Notes: generated from the letters alone by a model not told the origin. Counted from the first letter of the stretch, positions 26,177-39,885 are shown. The stretch is 64,000 nt of DNA from Syncephalis fuscata S228 (GCA_025786725.1 JAHLTZ010000011.1:186001-250000); one strand, 5' to 3'. Program-made: numbers and translations.

Positions 26177-28220
26177 ATGCCGGGCCGTCTAGAAGTTGAA
26201 GCAATCACCATGGAAGTGGATGAGATGCTTAAGAAGGAGAAGAAGAAGGAAAGAAGGAAAAGAAGGAAAAGAAAGACAAGAAGGACAAGAAGGACAAGAA
26301 GGACAAGGAGAGCAAGAAGCGAACTCACGATGAGGCTATGGATGTTGATAGCGATGCTACAGCAACTTCAGAAGATGTCGACTAAATAAGCGCAGCAAGA
26401 CAAAGGATACCGATACGGAAAGCGAACCAGAAGTGGATACAAGTCTATTGGTGTCAAGTTTTAGAATCTCTTCGCAAACAGCAACTGCATTAGAAAAGCG
26501 TGGCATTAAAGCTTTGTTCCCTATTCAGGCTGAGACATTTGACGCTATTCTCGATGGCAAGGATATGCTTGGCCGTGCACGTACGGTACCGGTAAAACAC
26601 TTGCTTTTTCATTGCCAATGATTGAACGATTATTGCTTGATGCTGCCGATGCTGGATCACAGCAACGTGGTAGCCGTTCACCAAAGGTTATCGTTATGGC
26701 ACCAACTCGTGAATTGGCCCGTCAAGTATCGGCCGAATTCGAAGGCATTGCTGGCCATCTGAAGGTGCTTACTGTTTATGGCGGTGTTGCTTATGACCAA
26801 CAAAACCAAGGACTGCGTCAAGGTGTTGATGTTGTTATCGGCACACCTGGCCGTATTATGGACCATTTAGAACGTGGTACACTCCGTCTAGAGAACATTC
26901 GCTTTGTTTGTTTAGATGAAGCTGATCAAATGCTTGATATTGGCTTTGCTGATGCTATGGAAAAGGTGCTACAAGGCGTTCAAGAGCAAAAGGCCGCCAC
27001 TCCCAATGCACCCACCTATCAAACGCTATTGTTCTCAGCTACATTGCCTGAATGGGTCCACAAAGTAGTGAAGAAGTACTTGAAGCCTGACTACGCCACC
27101 GTCGATTTGGTTGGTCAACAAAAGCTAAAGACCAATGAGGATATTACGCATTACGGTATTGTGTCTCATTGGGAAGTACGCAAAGATATTATTGGCGATG
27201 TTGTTGCCGTTTACGGTGGTGTTAGCGGCCGTACAATCATCTTCGTTAATACAAAAGCTGAAGCCAATGAACTTGCTATGAACGAGAAGCTTAAAACCGG
27301 CGCACAAGTACTACACGGTGATATTCCACAGAATCAACGTGAACGCACTTTGGCCGGATTCCGTGACGGCAGATTCCGCTGCATTATCTGCACAGATGTA
27401 GCGGCCCGTGGTCTTGATATTCCTGATGTTGATTTGGTCATTAATAGCGAACCATCACAGGTATTGAAACGTATATTCATCGTTCTGGACGTACTGGCCG
27501 TGCTGGTCGCAAGGGTGTATGTGTTACATTTTACAAGCCATCCGAATCAGGCTGGATTCGCCAATTAGAACGCCGCATTGGTACTCAAGTCAATCTTGTT
27601 GGTGCACCACAGCCATCGGATATTATCGAGGCAACCGCCTCGATGCTGCTACGATGGTGACGGGTGTTAGTCCAACAGTAGTTTCATACTTTAACAATAC
27701 GGCTACCATGCTTATTGAGAAGCTTGGTGCTGAAAAGGCATTGGCCTGTGCATTGGCCTGCATATCTGGCTATGCTGCTGGTCTACCATCACGCTCATTG
27801 CTTACCGGCAAAGAGGGTGTGCTAACACTTTGTCTACGTGTTGGCCACGAAATCCGTGGTGCTGGCTACGTTCGTACTGGATTGGAACGTGATTATGGCG
27901 TTACTTTTGATGATTTGACAACCATGCGCATGACCAAAGAAATGGACGGCGTAGTATTTGATATTAAATCATCAAAGGTCCAAGTCAATGACGAATACGA
28001 CATTGTGCTAAATGGACAGACATTCACTTCAACTAGCGGCTGGATACTTACTGCACCCACAGTGGCCCCTGAACTACAGGAACGTGAAGGGTTTGGCAAC
28101 GGCCGTAGCAATGGCGGCGGTGGCTATGGTGGCCGTAGTGGTGGCTATGGTGGCCGCAGTGGTGGTGGCCGTGGTCGTGGCGGATTCGGTGGCCGTGGTC
28201 GCGGTCGTGGTCGTTATTAG
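26177..28220 (+). CDS. DDX21: DEAD-box RNA helicase, DDX21/DDX50 (nucleolar RNA helicase II, GUCT) type
   Basis: K/E-rich N-terminus, LFPIQ Q-motif, RART-GKTLAF, PTRELA, DEADQML, FSAT, TDVAARGLDIP, YIHRSGRTGRAG, RSLL GUCT entry, RGG tail. Intronless with ~5 single-base indels. Confidence 0.92.
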
Positions 28221-28467
28221 ATTAATTTTAATTTCTTTTGCAGTTATAATAAATGTTGCCATGAAAACCGACAGTAGTCGATTTTATCGTTTAGATAAGC
28301 CCCCCTTTTTGTTGATGCACGATCGAGCATCGTCTGTGTCATAGTGATGACGGACATGAATACAGTACGAATAAACTAAAATAAATGTATCTCTCCTTTT
28401 CAACAGCCCAATATTATAGTAAATTAAATATTATAGCAATTATAGACGATCGATCATTATTACAAAG

Positions 28468-29837
28468 ATGGTTGCCAGACAATTGAAACAAAGTCGTTTT
28501 GCGAAACGAGGACCGCAATCCATTATATTTATTATATTATTAGCGTTGCTAATAGAAATACATTAGTATCAAATGTATCGGTGTTGGCCATCGATTTTGA
28601 TACGGTAGAGTCGGATCAGACTACTGAGACAGCTCCAGTAGTACTGAATATACCAAGCCCATCTTTTGGTAAACGGCCTGTCACTAAACCGGCACCATCT
28701 GCTAAATCATCGCCTGTAGGACCGAGTAATCAATCGCAGTTTTGTGCCTCAGAGTTTGCTATTACCAATCTTCATAAATGTGCTAAATTTGAGTTTTCCT
28801 ATGATAGTACGGTTGGTAAAGATGAGCCATGTGTTGCTACCGCATCGACCAATCTTACTGAGCTTAGCTTTCCTGCACCGGATCCGGAGCTGGCTAATAT
28901 GCCGATCAATAGACTGACACCATCAGTTCGTCGTATTATTGAAGGTATTACGAATACATTCGAAAACGGTACACCTGATTATGCTTATGGCAAATGTGAA
29001 CATCTGGATGATGGTCGTGGCTACACTTGTGGCCGTATTGGATTCACTACTGGTACCGGTGATGCGCTTTGGGTGGTTGAAAAATACGTTAAATATAGAC
29101 CCGGTGTTACACTTGCTCGTTACTTGCCGGAATTACGCCGACTTGCGGCGTTGCCAAGCTGTGATACTACTGGTAAAGAGAATATACATAATTTAAACGG
29201 ATTTGCAGCAGCATGGTCGGCGGCCAATCAGCGCGATACTGCTCTATTTCGTCAAATTCAAGACAATATTGCTGAGCAGCATTATTTAATACCAGCACTA
29301 AAGTTTGCTCATAAATACGGAGCAACTACTGCGTTAAGTCAAGCAGTATTTTACGATACGGTTGTTCAGCATGGTTATGCCTCTACCGAGGATAATATAG
29401 ATTTACAACGCATATTAACACTAACCGGTCCGCGACGCACTGGAGAAACTGAGATAGGTTGGCTTGATCGCTTTTTGGTTACACGGGGCCAAATGCTTTG
29501 CTGCTTCCCCGATAGTGTATGGCCAGCGTCAGCCGACCGCGTTCACGATTTACGTGATCTACTTAGCCATGGAAAAGTAAACCTTACTGGTGAAATTACT
29601 TTAAGGTCAAGCGGCATTCAAATCCTCGCTGGTAGCGATGAATTTGCCGCTGATGCACGATCAAGTGCCATTAAGATTAAAAAGCCATCTCGTCATACTG
29701 CTTCAAAAAAAGCATCAGCATTGGCTATACAATATAGGCCCAAATCGGCCATTAAATTAAAGCCATTAGTGCGTCAACCAAAGCAGACACGTACCAAGTT
29801 GGCTCGTCCTACACAAGCTATTTCTCTACTTCATTAA
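28468..29837 (+). CDS. Secreted chitosanase, glycoside hydrolase family 46
   Basis: ITNTFENG (catalytic Glu) and EHLDDGRGYTCGRIGFTTGTGD (catalytic Asp), YLPELRRL, FYDTVVQHG. Signal peptide from ATG 28468 requires one indel ~28557; basic C-terminal tail; intronless. Confidence 0.9.
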
Positions 29838-30669
29838 TTTTAAATATGCAATGATAAATAATATATAAATATTTCTAGTAATATTTGATTTATAACTCAA
29901 TAATAAATAAGTTTAATTAAGATACTTTAAAATACCATTACACCTTACATTATTCTAATGTTATTTTATAATTTTAATTTTGGTGTTTAATAGTATTTAC
30001 GCTCGGAATACAGCGTGTCAGTTAGTTAATATTGATAATAATAACTTTGTTTATTCTATTAAATATAATGATATTCATGTTTGAATATTTATTAAATTGT
30101 ATATATATATATATATATAAGTAAGTGAAGTGTGTGTACCAGTCGATAATAACGTAGGAAATAAACAAAATTGCTGTAAAATAGAAGCAAATGAATAGAA
30201 GATGGAGCAATATGAGTGAGAATAAATAAATGCCATTAGAATGGATAAATGGTGTGAAAGTGGCCAACATTCATTAGTCAGTATACTTTTTATAGTCTTT
30301 TCTTATATTTTGATATAATTATCGCGGATGTTTAACACAATGTAAACTTCATACCTGATATTCTTTTATTATACATTTTAATTACACCGGAGGTACAACT
30401 GTAAGCTAGCAATCTAAGCTTCTTTTTCTTTCGCTGTGCTCTGTGTTTTTAGTAATGTATAGCGATATACTTTAATTATTTGTTATAATTTCTATAAGCA
30501 GTGTGTTTGATCGCACTATTATTTCTTTCAACCATAAAACGGCATACAATTCAATTATCATGAATTTTAAAAGTATTGCCGAGATTAAAGCGTCATTTGA
30601 TCACTAATGTTTACCAATTTAGTTTCAAAAGATTAACTAAATTATTAGATGCATAATATCGAGTGTATT

Positions 30670-31678
30670 ATTAAATGCTATATACAGTGTTTTTTGCTTT
30701 TTGTGCTTTATTTTTGTTCAGTACTGTTGTTCTAGTTGTATCAACATTGCTTGAATTTTTACTAAACTTGATCTAACAGCATGATCTTAATGACTTGCTT
30801 TTCGTTTATTAGCTCAATGGTAAGACTAGATCAATCAATATTTAGATAGTCAATTGCTTTCATTGACCTATGTTTTAGTCGGTTGTTCTGCAAACAGTCT
30901 CGCTTGGTTTTTTGTCAAAGCCGCTTTTAGAAACATAGGCTATCAGCTAAACCTCAAGTGATTACTGCTTGGTGTGTGTTCTGTTGCTACTACGCATCCA
31001 AGTTTGACTTTATTTGAATAAAGCTGCCTGGCGTGCATATCCTATTAGCCACAAATTGTATTACATGTAATCTGATGAATACAAGCTATTTCTCAGTCAA
31101 ACATTCGATGGTACGAATAATTAAATGTAATAGTTTACTCTTAAGAATGCTGTGATGCATTCTACTACAACAGTTTCTATTGTACAGACAATTCTCAGTC
31201 AATCTTGTTTAGTTGTGATCTCAAATACCGAAAGTTATACAGTGTGTGGTATCGATGCGCTTAGAAATAATTTCTTTGTAAATTTAATGCACTGCTTATT
31301 CTTGTAAAATTTCCATAATGTCGAGTTGAATACACGCATGCACCAGTCAGCATATTTTGTAACTAAACGAAACTCGACTAATTTATGTATAACAGTAAAT
31401 AACAGTATAAATACTAATCTGATGTATTAAACTTGTTATTGCGTGTTTTTTGCATGCTACTCGGTATGCATGCAGATATTGGGAACTGCACGAGTCAGTA
31501 AAAGCAACAACAAAAGATAACAGCATTGCTTTTACAGAGCTAATCAATTTTCCCATTCTCACCATATAGCCAAATTGCACAATAAAAATACAGGTTAATA
31601 TACACATATCTATCGCATATTTACTGAATCAAGTTGGGTGGGTCATTATTATTGCCGCACCATCCGCGTAAATGCTGT
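30670..31678 (+). repeat. Diverged duplicated segment, copy B-left (paralog of ~11160..12132)
   Basis: Collinear shared blocks with 11160..12132; no intact ORF. Confidence 0.75.
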
Positions 31679-32205
31679 GCTATATAACGTGCATACCAAT
31701 AAACTAATATTAATAAAATGCGAGTGAGAATTTATATTAACTAGCTATAAACTAATTGCATCCCATATATTTTATGTATGAACAAATAAATGTAATAGCA
31801 GTAAATGACAGTTTATATGCAATAACTATACACTAATTACATGCTGTGGTCTGCGGGTGTCAGCCACATAATACTAGTTGTTAAGTACTATTATACATTA
31901 ATTAGTTATTTAATAATGGCGCCCATTTACTTTATATTAATAGCATAACATTAATAGAAAGTAAGTGACATTGTGTAATATTGATTATTCATTAATGAAA
32001 TGCTATTTAATTCATATATCAATAGCTTAATATTAACAGGATGTAAGTTGCATTGTAGTTAATTAGCTATGCGCTAATTACATGTTATGTACTGTGTCTA
32101 TCAACAACCTAATATTAATAGGTTGTAAGCTATATTTTAGATTACCAGTTTATGCATTAATTATATGCCATGTAATATATTTATTTATAAATATAAAATA
32201 GTCGG

Positions 32206-32610
32206 CGTTTTAAGACACTAGCATTATTGATAGCACAATTTAAGATTATTCCAGTACACTTTAGTATATATTCGGTGGAGGCAAGAGCATTTGATAAATA
32301 TGCCGTTCAGTCCATTCATATATCAAGTCATGGCTAATGCATCGGTTTATCCAGTGTTTAATCAATGGAATCATTATTTTATCAACAGGTTTGCATCTAG
32401 TTGTTTCTATTCAACTGTGCAAACTAGTAGTAATAAAATTATGCTTTCATTATAGCTATATTCAATCGAATTTTATATTTATAATCATGGCTTATTTGCA
32501 TTTAGTAATTAGCAAATATAATCATGTAGATAAACTAACAACAGATAGGCAAAATTATATCATGTTAACTATACACACACATTGGTACACTACAACAGTA
32601 CTATTGTTCA
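32206..32610 (+). repeat. Duplicated segment, copy B-right (paralog of the peptide gene 3' flank, 12684..13060)
   Basis: Long identical blocks shared with 12684..13060. Confidence 0.9.
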
Positions 32611-33085
32611 AATAACAATTTGAATGTAAATATTTTAATGCTACATATTAACAATAAAATATGGCTAATAAATCATAGAATTGTATACAAAAATAAATGG
32701 GCAAAAAAATGCATAAATAACAATAAAACTTTATTTTGTGCAACTAGGTGAAAGCAATGCACGAAGGCGCAATATATAACAAACAATATTGGTAATACGC
32801 AAACAATTTTTATTAATAATTTACGACTAGCATAAAATAAAATAATATATAATAAAGCTAATATAAAAAAATACATGAACATTAATGCTGAATGCATACT
32901 ATCGTGAATAAAATAATTAACTATATAATAAAATACTAATAAAATATTGATTTCTACTTTATTATAATATGAGCAGATTATGTATGTATTTATATTGAGT
33001 GGCGCTGCACAAATATATGAATATATGTATATCAAGTAATCTCCAAGAGCTTCATACATTTGGCCCTATATCCAGACTGTGACAT

Positions 33086-34061
33086 TATGACAGTATACAG
33101 CAATATCAAAAAGTAACTCTAATGTAATTAGATGGCAAAAGCAATAGTGATCATTCAATTAATAAATTGTTAATAGAATTAAGCAGAACTTTACGTACAA
33201 TGAAGTAAATTGTTTGATATTTTGCACAAGTATGCACATGACATATATATGACTATTGGCAAACTATAGTGTTATTGTATTGCATAAAAATGCAATGATT
33301 GTGATAACACACTAATAAATGTACAAAAATAGCAGTTTTTTACTGTTTATGGCTTGTATACTTAAATACGGCAAAATGATTAGCAGATTTGAGTTCCCCA
33401 TGCTAAGCTGTACAGACTGGTATGGAATATAGAGCAACGATTTTGCAACAAAAGTTGGTCAAAAATGTAATTTACGTATTAGTTGACAAAAGCAATTAAA
33501 GTTTTGATTTTAAAATTTTAATATAGAAAATGAAAGCTGATACGAGCTAACTTCAAAGCAATCTACAACGCTAAAAATCACGATAGCAATTTACTGTACA
33601 AAAACATTAATATGCAGTGACGATTTATGCCATGTATTTACATATAATGTAAATTTTTGTCAGCTAATACGTAAATTACATTTTTGACTAACTTTTGTTG
33701 TAAAAATCGTTGCTCTATATTCCATACCAGTCTGTACAGCTTAGCATGGGGAACTCAAATCTGCTAATCATTTTGCCGTATTTAAGTATACAAGCCATAA
33801 ACAGTAAAAAACTGCTATTTTTGTACATTTATTAGTGTGTTATCACAATCATTGCATTTTTATGCAATACAATAACACTATAGTTTGCCAATAGTCATAT
33901 ATATGTCATGTGCATACTTGTGCAAAATATCAAACAATTTACTTCATTGTACGTAAAGTTCTGCTTAATTCTATTAACAATTTATTAATTGAATGATCAC
34001 TATTTCTTTTGCCATCTAATTACATTAGAGTTACTTTTTGATATTGTTGCATATTATTATA
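33086..34061. mobile_element. Long inverted repeat / foldback (MITE-like): ~405-bp arms 33086..33491 and 33655..34061, 163-bp spacer
   Basis: The right arm is a near-perfect reverse complement of the left (GAGTTCCCCATGCTAAGCTGTACAGACTGGTATGG vs CCATACCAGTCTGTACAGCTTAGCATGGGGAACTC). No ORF and no clear TSD. The repeat is certain; mobility is inferred. Confidence 0.75.
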
Positions 34062-35308
34062 GCATCAAAATAATAATTTTACGTTTAAAATTTAAACTAG
34101 CGTTTTATCAGCATTTTAAATTATTATAAATATAAAAAATCAATTTTACTGCAATATAGTTATTAAAATAAAATATTTTTACAATGGTTGTATTGTTATG
34201 ATAATATAGCCAAGACCTAAATTAAGTTATTAAATGATTTGTTGAGATCACATAGGATCAATTACAAGAATAGTACATATATGCCGGATATAAGCAGTAA
34301 TTGCTATAACAAATAAGCATTACAAATATATGAAGAGTAGCTATTTGTTTGTGGTAAATATGTGAATAGCTATATAAACTGATAACACTGCATTAATGGT
34401 ATATAGTACAAAAAATTCAAGTTCTATCATTAGCTATTTCACTATATAACAATAGCATTATTTAATATCAATAAAAATATAAGCAATTTCTAGTTTCACT
34501 CTATTTCTACTTACTACCATACAAAGCTATTTAATCTACTATAGATGAACTGTGCTATTCAATGGCAAATAAAAAACAATTTTATTAACTATATGGTATT
34601 AACCAGTCAACACATTATATTCTATGCGTTAAGCATTAGTAAACCTTAAAAATTGACATTATAATAATGTTTGTATAAAGCGTTGCTTGATTATCTAAAC
34701 TACAATTGTTAGATCTAGAACTGCAATAATTTGGTGCGACAACGACGGCGTCTAAACAAGTAATATAAAGTATTGATTCTGATGATAATTTACTAATCAA
34801 ATTGAATGTGGCATCTAACGTGCTCTACTTTGCAGTTAGTTCAGCTATGCCAAATAGTTAATTTAAAAAAATAGCAGCATTGGTATAAAAGCTTTATTTT
34901 TAAAGTTGTCATTAGGTAGCAATTTGTTTATTTGAAACAAACACTTGCCTATTTACTAATTACTAATAGTGCTATTGGAATTTATTTCACGACTTATTTA
35001 TAAACAAATTCATTAATATATGATATTAATATACCAGTTTAGTTTAGTGTAAATCGATTAAAATCAAATTTCAAATAAAATCACTTATTTTCTTCAATAC
35101 TTTTATAATTTTAACGTAGCAATTTATGTAATAATAAAACGTAAATTATTTATTTGCAATATAGATGTAGGTATAAAAAGCACAATGATGGGTGGGTTGT
35201 TAAAAATAAAGAAATAGCCAAGATTCAAATAGTAAATGTGGATTAATATGTATGTTCGTTACCTTTCAAATAACAAAAGAATGGATATTATAGTTTTAAA
35301 TTTAAACA

Positions 35309-38300
35309 CTACTTCTTTGATTGCGACGACGAATCCTTCTTGTAGTGGAATCTTTCCTGTAACGTAACGCCGTAGCCCCATTTGGCTACACTGCCGCTGG
35401 CACGCCTGCGTAGGTAGCTTACACTACTACTGCTACTATTGCCCTCTCCTAGTCCATTAAGATTTGGAGTCGATCCAAATTGACTGGCATCGATGGGAAG
35501 CCCACCAATACTGCCAGCGGTATTCGACCCTCCATTCATGATGCCACCTTTATTACGTGGTGGCTCTCGAACCAAGCTTAATCGATCGGCCACGGTGTCC
35601 TCCATCCAAGGACGTGTCACTAAGTGATGTACAATAAGGAATTGAGTGACACGCGTTGCATAGATTGCTTTGGCTACAGATGAGCTTCGTTCAGTCTGAT
35701 CAACTGGCGAACTCATTGTTGATAACATGGCATTGGATGGAGTTCCTTGATCGGATAAGTTCATGCCATTGGCAGATAATGGTGCTAAGGTGAACCCGAT
35801 ACCGATGTTGGCGTTATTGCCCCTGATCCAGGCAAACTGTTAGCACCGGTACTAAGTAGATTTGAGCCATTGACTGGTGGCGGAGAAGTAGTTCGTGTAA
35901 TACCACTGACTACAGCTGGAAGTCGGTCCTGGGCACGCACTAGCCAGCCTTCTAGGCCCATACGCGATCCAAGTGATGAACTACGACGGTGCCGTAGCTT
36001 TTCTGGTGACATAGGAATGGCCAATCCGGGACTGGTATTGCTTGCATTGCCGTCAGATGTTGTAGGTAAATTGCTTTGAGATGGTGGTGAACTTAAATTG
36101 TTAAGTGATGGTTGTCGTTGCATTGAATGTGATTGAGATGGTGATGCTTGTTGTTGTTGTTGTTGTTGTTGCTGAGGCGGCAGAGTTAAAGAGCCAAATA
36201 AAGCTGGTCTATTACGTGTACGTGATTTTAACATCCAACTAGGCGGTGTTGCAGGATAGTGGCACGATGCTAATGATAATTGCATTTGTCCTAGCAATTC
36301 TTGTACACGTGCATCCTCTAATAAAGGTGTTCTAGCAGTCTTACATGCTGATGCCAAATAAGTGGCATCAAGTAAAAATACACTTAAACAAGGTACGTGC
36401 CAGCCGCTTGATGCGGCCTTGTTAAGTAGTTCACGATAACGCGAATAGTTATTATCCGGACTTACAAGTCGTTGTAGACGTTGGACACGATACATATCAC
36501 GTTTAGGAACATGGGCCCAAGTGCGTTTAAGGCGACGAATAGGCGGTGTTTGTAGGCCGCCTACTACGGCCAATAGCATCTGGTAGGAACGAAGGTCGCG
36601 TAGTGCCTTGGCCACTTTACTCCATCGATGCAGCATAGCTGTACGAGCTGTTGGCTCATCAAGTGATAGCAATGAATGTTCAACTAAGCGTGTAACATAG
36701 TTGAATAAATCAATTGATGCTTGTACTTGTGGGCTTGGTTACGCGCTGAGTGTGATAGAATAGCCTCAGGTGGTATTTGTGAAAATAGCGTAGCATCTAG
36801 CAGTGTCAACTGATAAGCAACAATTCGATACGGGAAAGACTGAATAGTTGGTGTAGCGGCTGCAACTTGTACCAACGTAGCCAGATGATTCATTCCAGCA
36901 CGTGTATTAGTTATGCGGCGTTGTTGCTGTTCTACCAAACGTGCTTTAAATGCGCGTATCTCTGATACTTCTGGCGGTGCTACAAGTCCATGTGGCGTCT
37001 TGGCTACCTCTGCTTCATATTGTGCCTCCATACCATTCTCTCTCCAAGCTGCTTCAATCGATAGTCCTTGTAAACGGCGTAGTTCTGCAATCTGTACCTC
37101 TAGTACGTTTGTTAAATGAATATGCGTACTTAGTAGTGGAGAGCGTGGCACCATTGGTACTCGATCAGGCGGACGATGTGGATTAGAAGACGATGAAGAG
37201 ACGGCAAGTCCATCAGTAGTACGGGCCGGCGTCATATCATTGACATCGCAAAACATAGCCGGTAGAAAGTCGGGCGATACTTCTAGATTGGCTAGATCGG
37301 CCGTTGATGCAGATGATATGACTGTTGCATTGCCCGGTGTCATTGACATCGAGTGTTGCAATGATTGTTCCATAGAAGATCTTGCAGAAATGGGCAGATA
37401 GCTAAGGGACGACGAACAAGAAGAAGGTGATGCCGTTGAATGAGGTCCAATATTATTGTACAATGCTTGATTAATTAACGAGTGGCCAGAGGATCGATGG
37501 ACAACTGTAGCGGAACGTGTAGGGCCAATAGTGGCGTTAGAAGATGTCCCCGTGTTACGTAGTGAACGATGTGTAGCATGCTGATCCACAGTATTGGCAA
37601 CTGTCGTACGTGGGGAAGGCACTGCAGCTACCAAGTCTGCTATAGTCTGTGGAGTAGTTGTAGATGGAGTATTGGGTTCACTATTGGCACTATTCTTGGT
37701 AGAAGTATTTACAGTGTTACGAGCCGGAGTGCGTGATGCAGCCGGTATACGGAATCGCCAATCAATCAATCCAAGGTCAGCCTCACATGGCAATGGACTT
37801 TCTGGTGGAATATCAAGAATAGGATCAGTTGGTGACACGTCCTCTTCATCCTCCTCTTCGCCAGATGATGAATCGGTGGCGTCAACAGGTGCCAATACAT
37901 TAGAAAGTCTATCGTTAATAAGCGACCGTGCTCCAGGGTGTTGATATTCAGCCGAAGAGGTGGATGGACGTGGTGTGCCTGCATCTTTACTACGGAAACG
38001 TAAGGCATCCAAGCTTTTAGTGCCGCGCATTCTTAATTGTGTACCTTGGTTACGAAGTGCTAAAGTACGACTTCTTTGTGGAGTAGTGCCCGGTATTGCT
38101 GCCGAAGGAGGGGCACTGTGGAAAAGAGTAATATTATTTGTAGTGCTATCAGGACTAACTTCTCCAGATATAGGTGAATCTATCTGTCCAGCCTTGCCAT
38201 AACTACGAAATCCAAGTAATGAACGAAGTGACGATTTGGCTGGCCTGTAGATTGGCATTGGTTGCAACACAAGTCTACCGCGGCCGCCATCAATGTCGGT

Positions 38301-38933
38301 ATCGGTGTCGACATCTGCATCAGAATGTACCGATGATTTACGAGCAAGTGAACGATCTCTTCTTCTAACCTTACTAACTTCGGCAAATCTAATTGTAGAA
38401 GGCCGACCAGATGGTGGCGTATTAACGCCACCGGCATCTGTATCCTCTCCAGCGTCCTCTCCATCACTGGTACTGACGCTAGTGCGTGGTGAATTTGCAT
38501 TTGCGGCTGTATTTGTTGCTGTGGCAGCACTAGCGATAATTGATAATGACTGATTTGAACTATTATGAGCATTATCAGTTGGCCAAAATGTTTTTAAACA
38601 TTTTTCTGCTTGATTCAAATAGCCGTGAATTGATTTGAATAATTCGGCAGCCTGTTGGACATTTAATGGCGCAGCTGGCTCTACTGTCGTTTTTGTATCA
38701 TTTTCGCCAGTAGATTCAACTTTTGGTGATTTTTGTTCACGTCTAGCCGATACAGTACGTAATAAATCAACTGATTTAGCAATGGCATCCAGCTGTTGTA
38801 AATAGGCACCTTGCTGGTAAGCCTGCATTGTAGATTGCCATGTAGTACAGTTTAATGAATCCGCCGTAACATTAGCAGCAGCAGCAGTAGTAGTATTAAA
38901 AGCAGATTGTTGATCCGATATAGAGTTATCCAT
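35309..38933 (-). CDS. CDC25-domain Ras-family guanine nucleotide exchange factor (~1200 aa, intronless, two indels)
   Basis: IVAYQLTLLDATLFSQIP, AVVGGLQTPPIRRLKRTW, LVSPDNNYSRYR, VPCLSVFLLDATYL, LSLVREP. ORFs 36684..38984, 35785..36672 and 35309..35764 join through single-base shifts. Confidence 0.88.
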
Positions 38934-39286
38934 AGTAATTAATAAAGAACACGTTAACGTTAGTAAACTTAAACAAATAAACAATGCAACTATAATTGCT
39001 TCTTAGTAGCAAGAGTGGCGATGGTGGCGTAGTAGTGCATGTATAGATATACGCAAAAAAGGGTGTTTACATACGAGAACAAAGTGAAGGCCGATGCAAG
39101 CGCGCTATTCGTGCTCTGCGCAGGTTATAGACAAGCTCACAATGGCGAACACGTGTATGGTCATCGCATGGTCGTCTGCCATACAAATAGTCATAGATTG
39201 ACTATGACGACCACGTGATTCATTGTTTAGTTTAAAATCAGGCCAGGCCATAAAAATGTGTACACGTTTATACGTGCATTTGCCTG

Positions 39287-39885
39287 TTAACTCACTAAGT
39301 ATTTGCTCTCATTTGGGCTATTTCTTTCAAGAGCAATAAACACAGTCCAATCATTGGTACTTACCAAATAGATGTCACGTGATGCTGCAAACGACTCTGG
39401 CTTGCAGGCTACAGGCAATTCAGCCTTTTGCCGGTCCGGGTTATCTGCCATCTTATTGGTGGTGGTGCGTGGTAGAGATTTTTTCCTACTTGGCGTCGCC
39501 TTGAAAGGAATTGGGCGCGGTGATTTGGCAGGAGATAGCAGAAAGGCCGGCGGATTAATAGTGTAGGCTGGCGGATCACCACCGGTGTAGGCGGCCGTTG
39601 AGCCAGCTACTTTGGACATAGTCTTAGAGTGCTTCTCAGAGTGCTTTTCAGAATGCTTTCAGAATGCTTCTCAGAATGCTTCTCAGACTTTCGCTTAAGG
39701 TCGGCTGGCAGGTAGCAGTTGGTTTCGTCAAAGCGACGGGACTTTCTATTAGAACGAAGTGAATTGATAAGGCGCCGCCGCAGTTTACGTATATAGCCAC
39801 CGCCAAAGTGAAGGCCGGGTTGATTTAAATGCTGCTGTTCATTCATCGTTATCGACCCAAATGTGTCGACAAATTGTAGCGTCAT
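39287..39885 (-). CDS. Hypothetical protein (~200 aa) with SEKH tandem repeats; one indel in the repeat
   Basis: ORFs 39607..39885 and 39287..39619 overlap across a 12-bp repeat (TCTGAGAAGCAT-like x5); GC-richer than the flanks. Confidence 0.5.

Noticed and set aside
21350-27640. Frameshifts in HNT1, RBM25 and the DDX21-like helicase (also GEF, chitosanase, RalGAPs) read as pseudogenes or programmed frameshifting
   Set aside because: They are single-base losses, mostly in short homopolymers, scattered through highly conserved genes with intact motifs and no in-frame nonsense decay. This pattern is typical of unpolished long-read assembly error.
32673-33059. 128-aa hydrophobic ORF (and similar I/L/F/Y-rich ORFs at 30022 and 60841)
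   Set aside because: Composition reflects AT-rich non-coding DNA.
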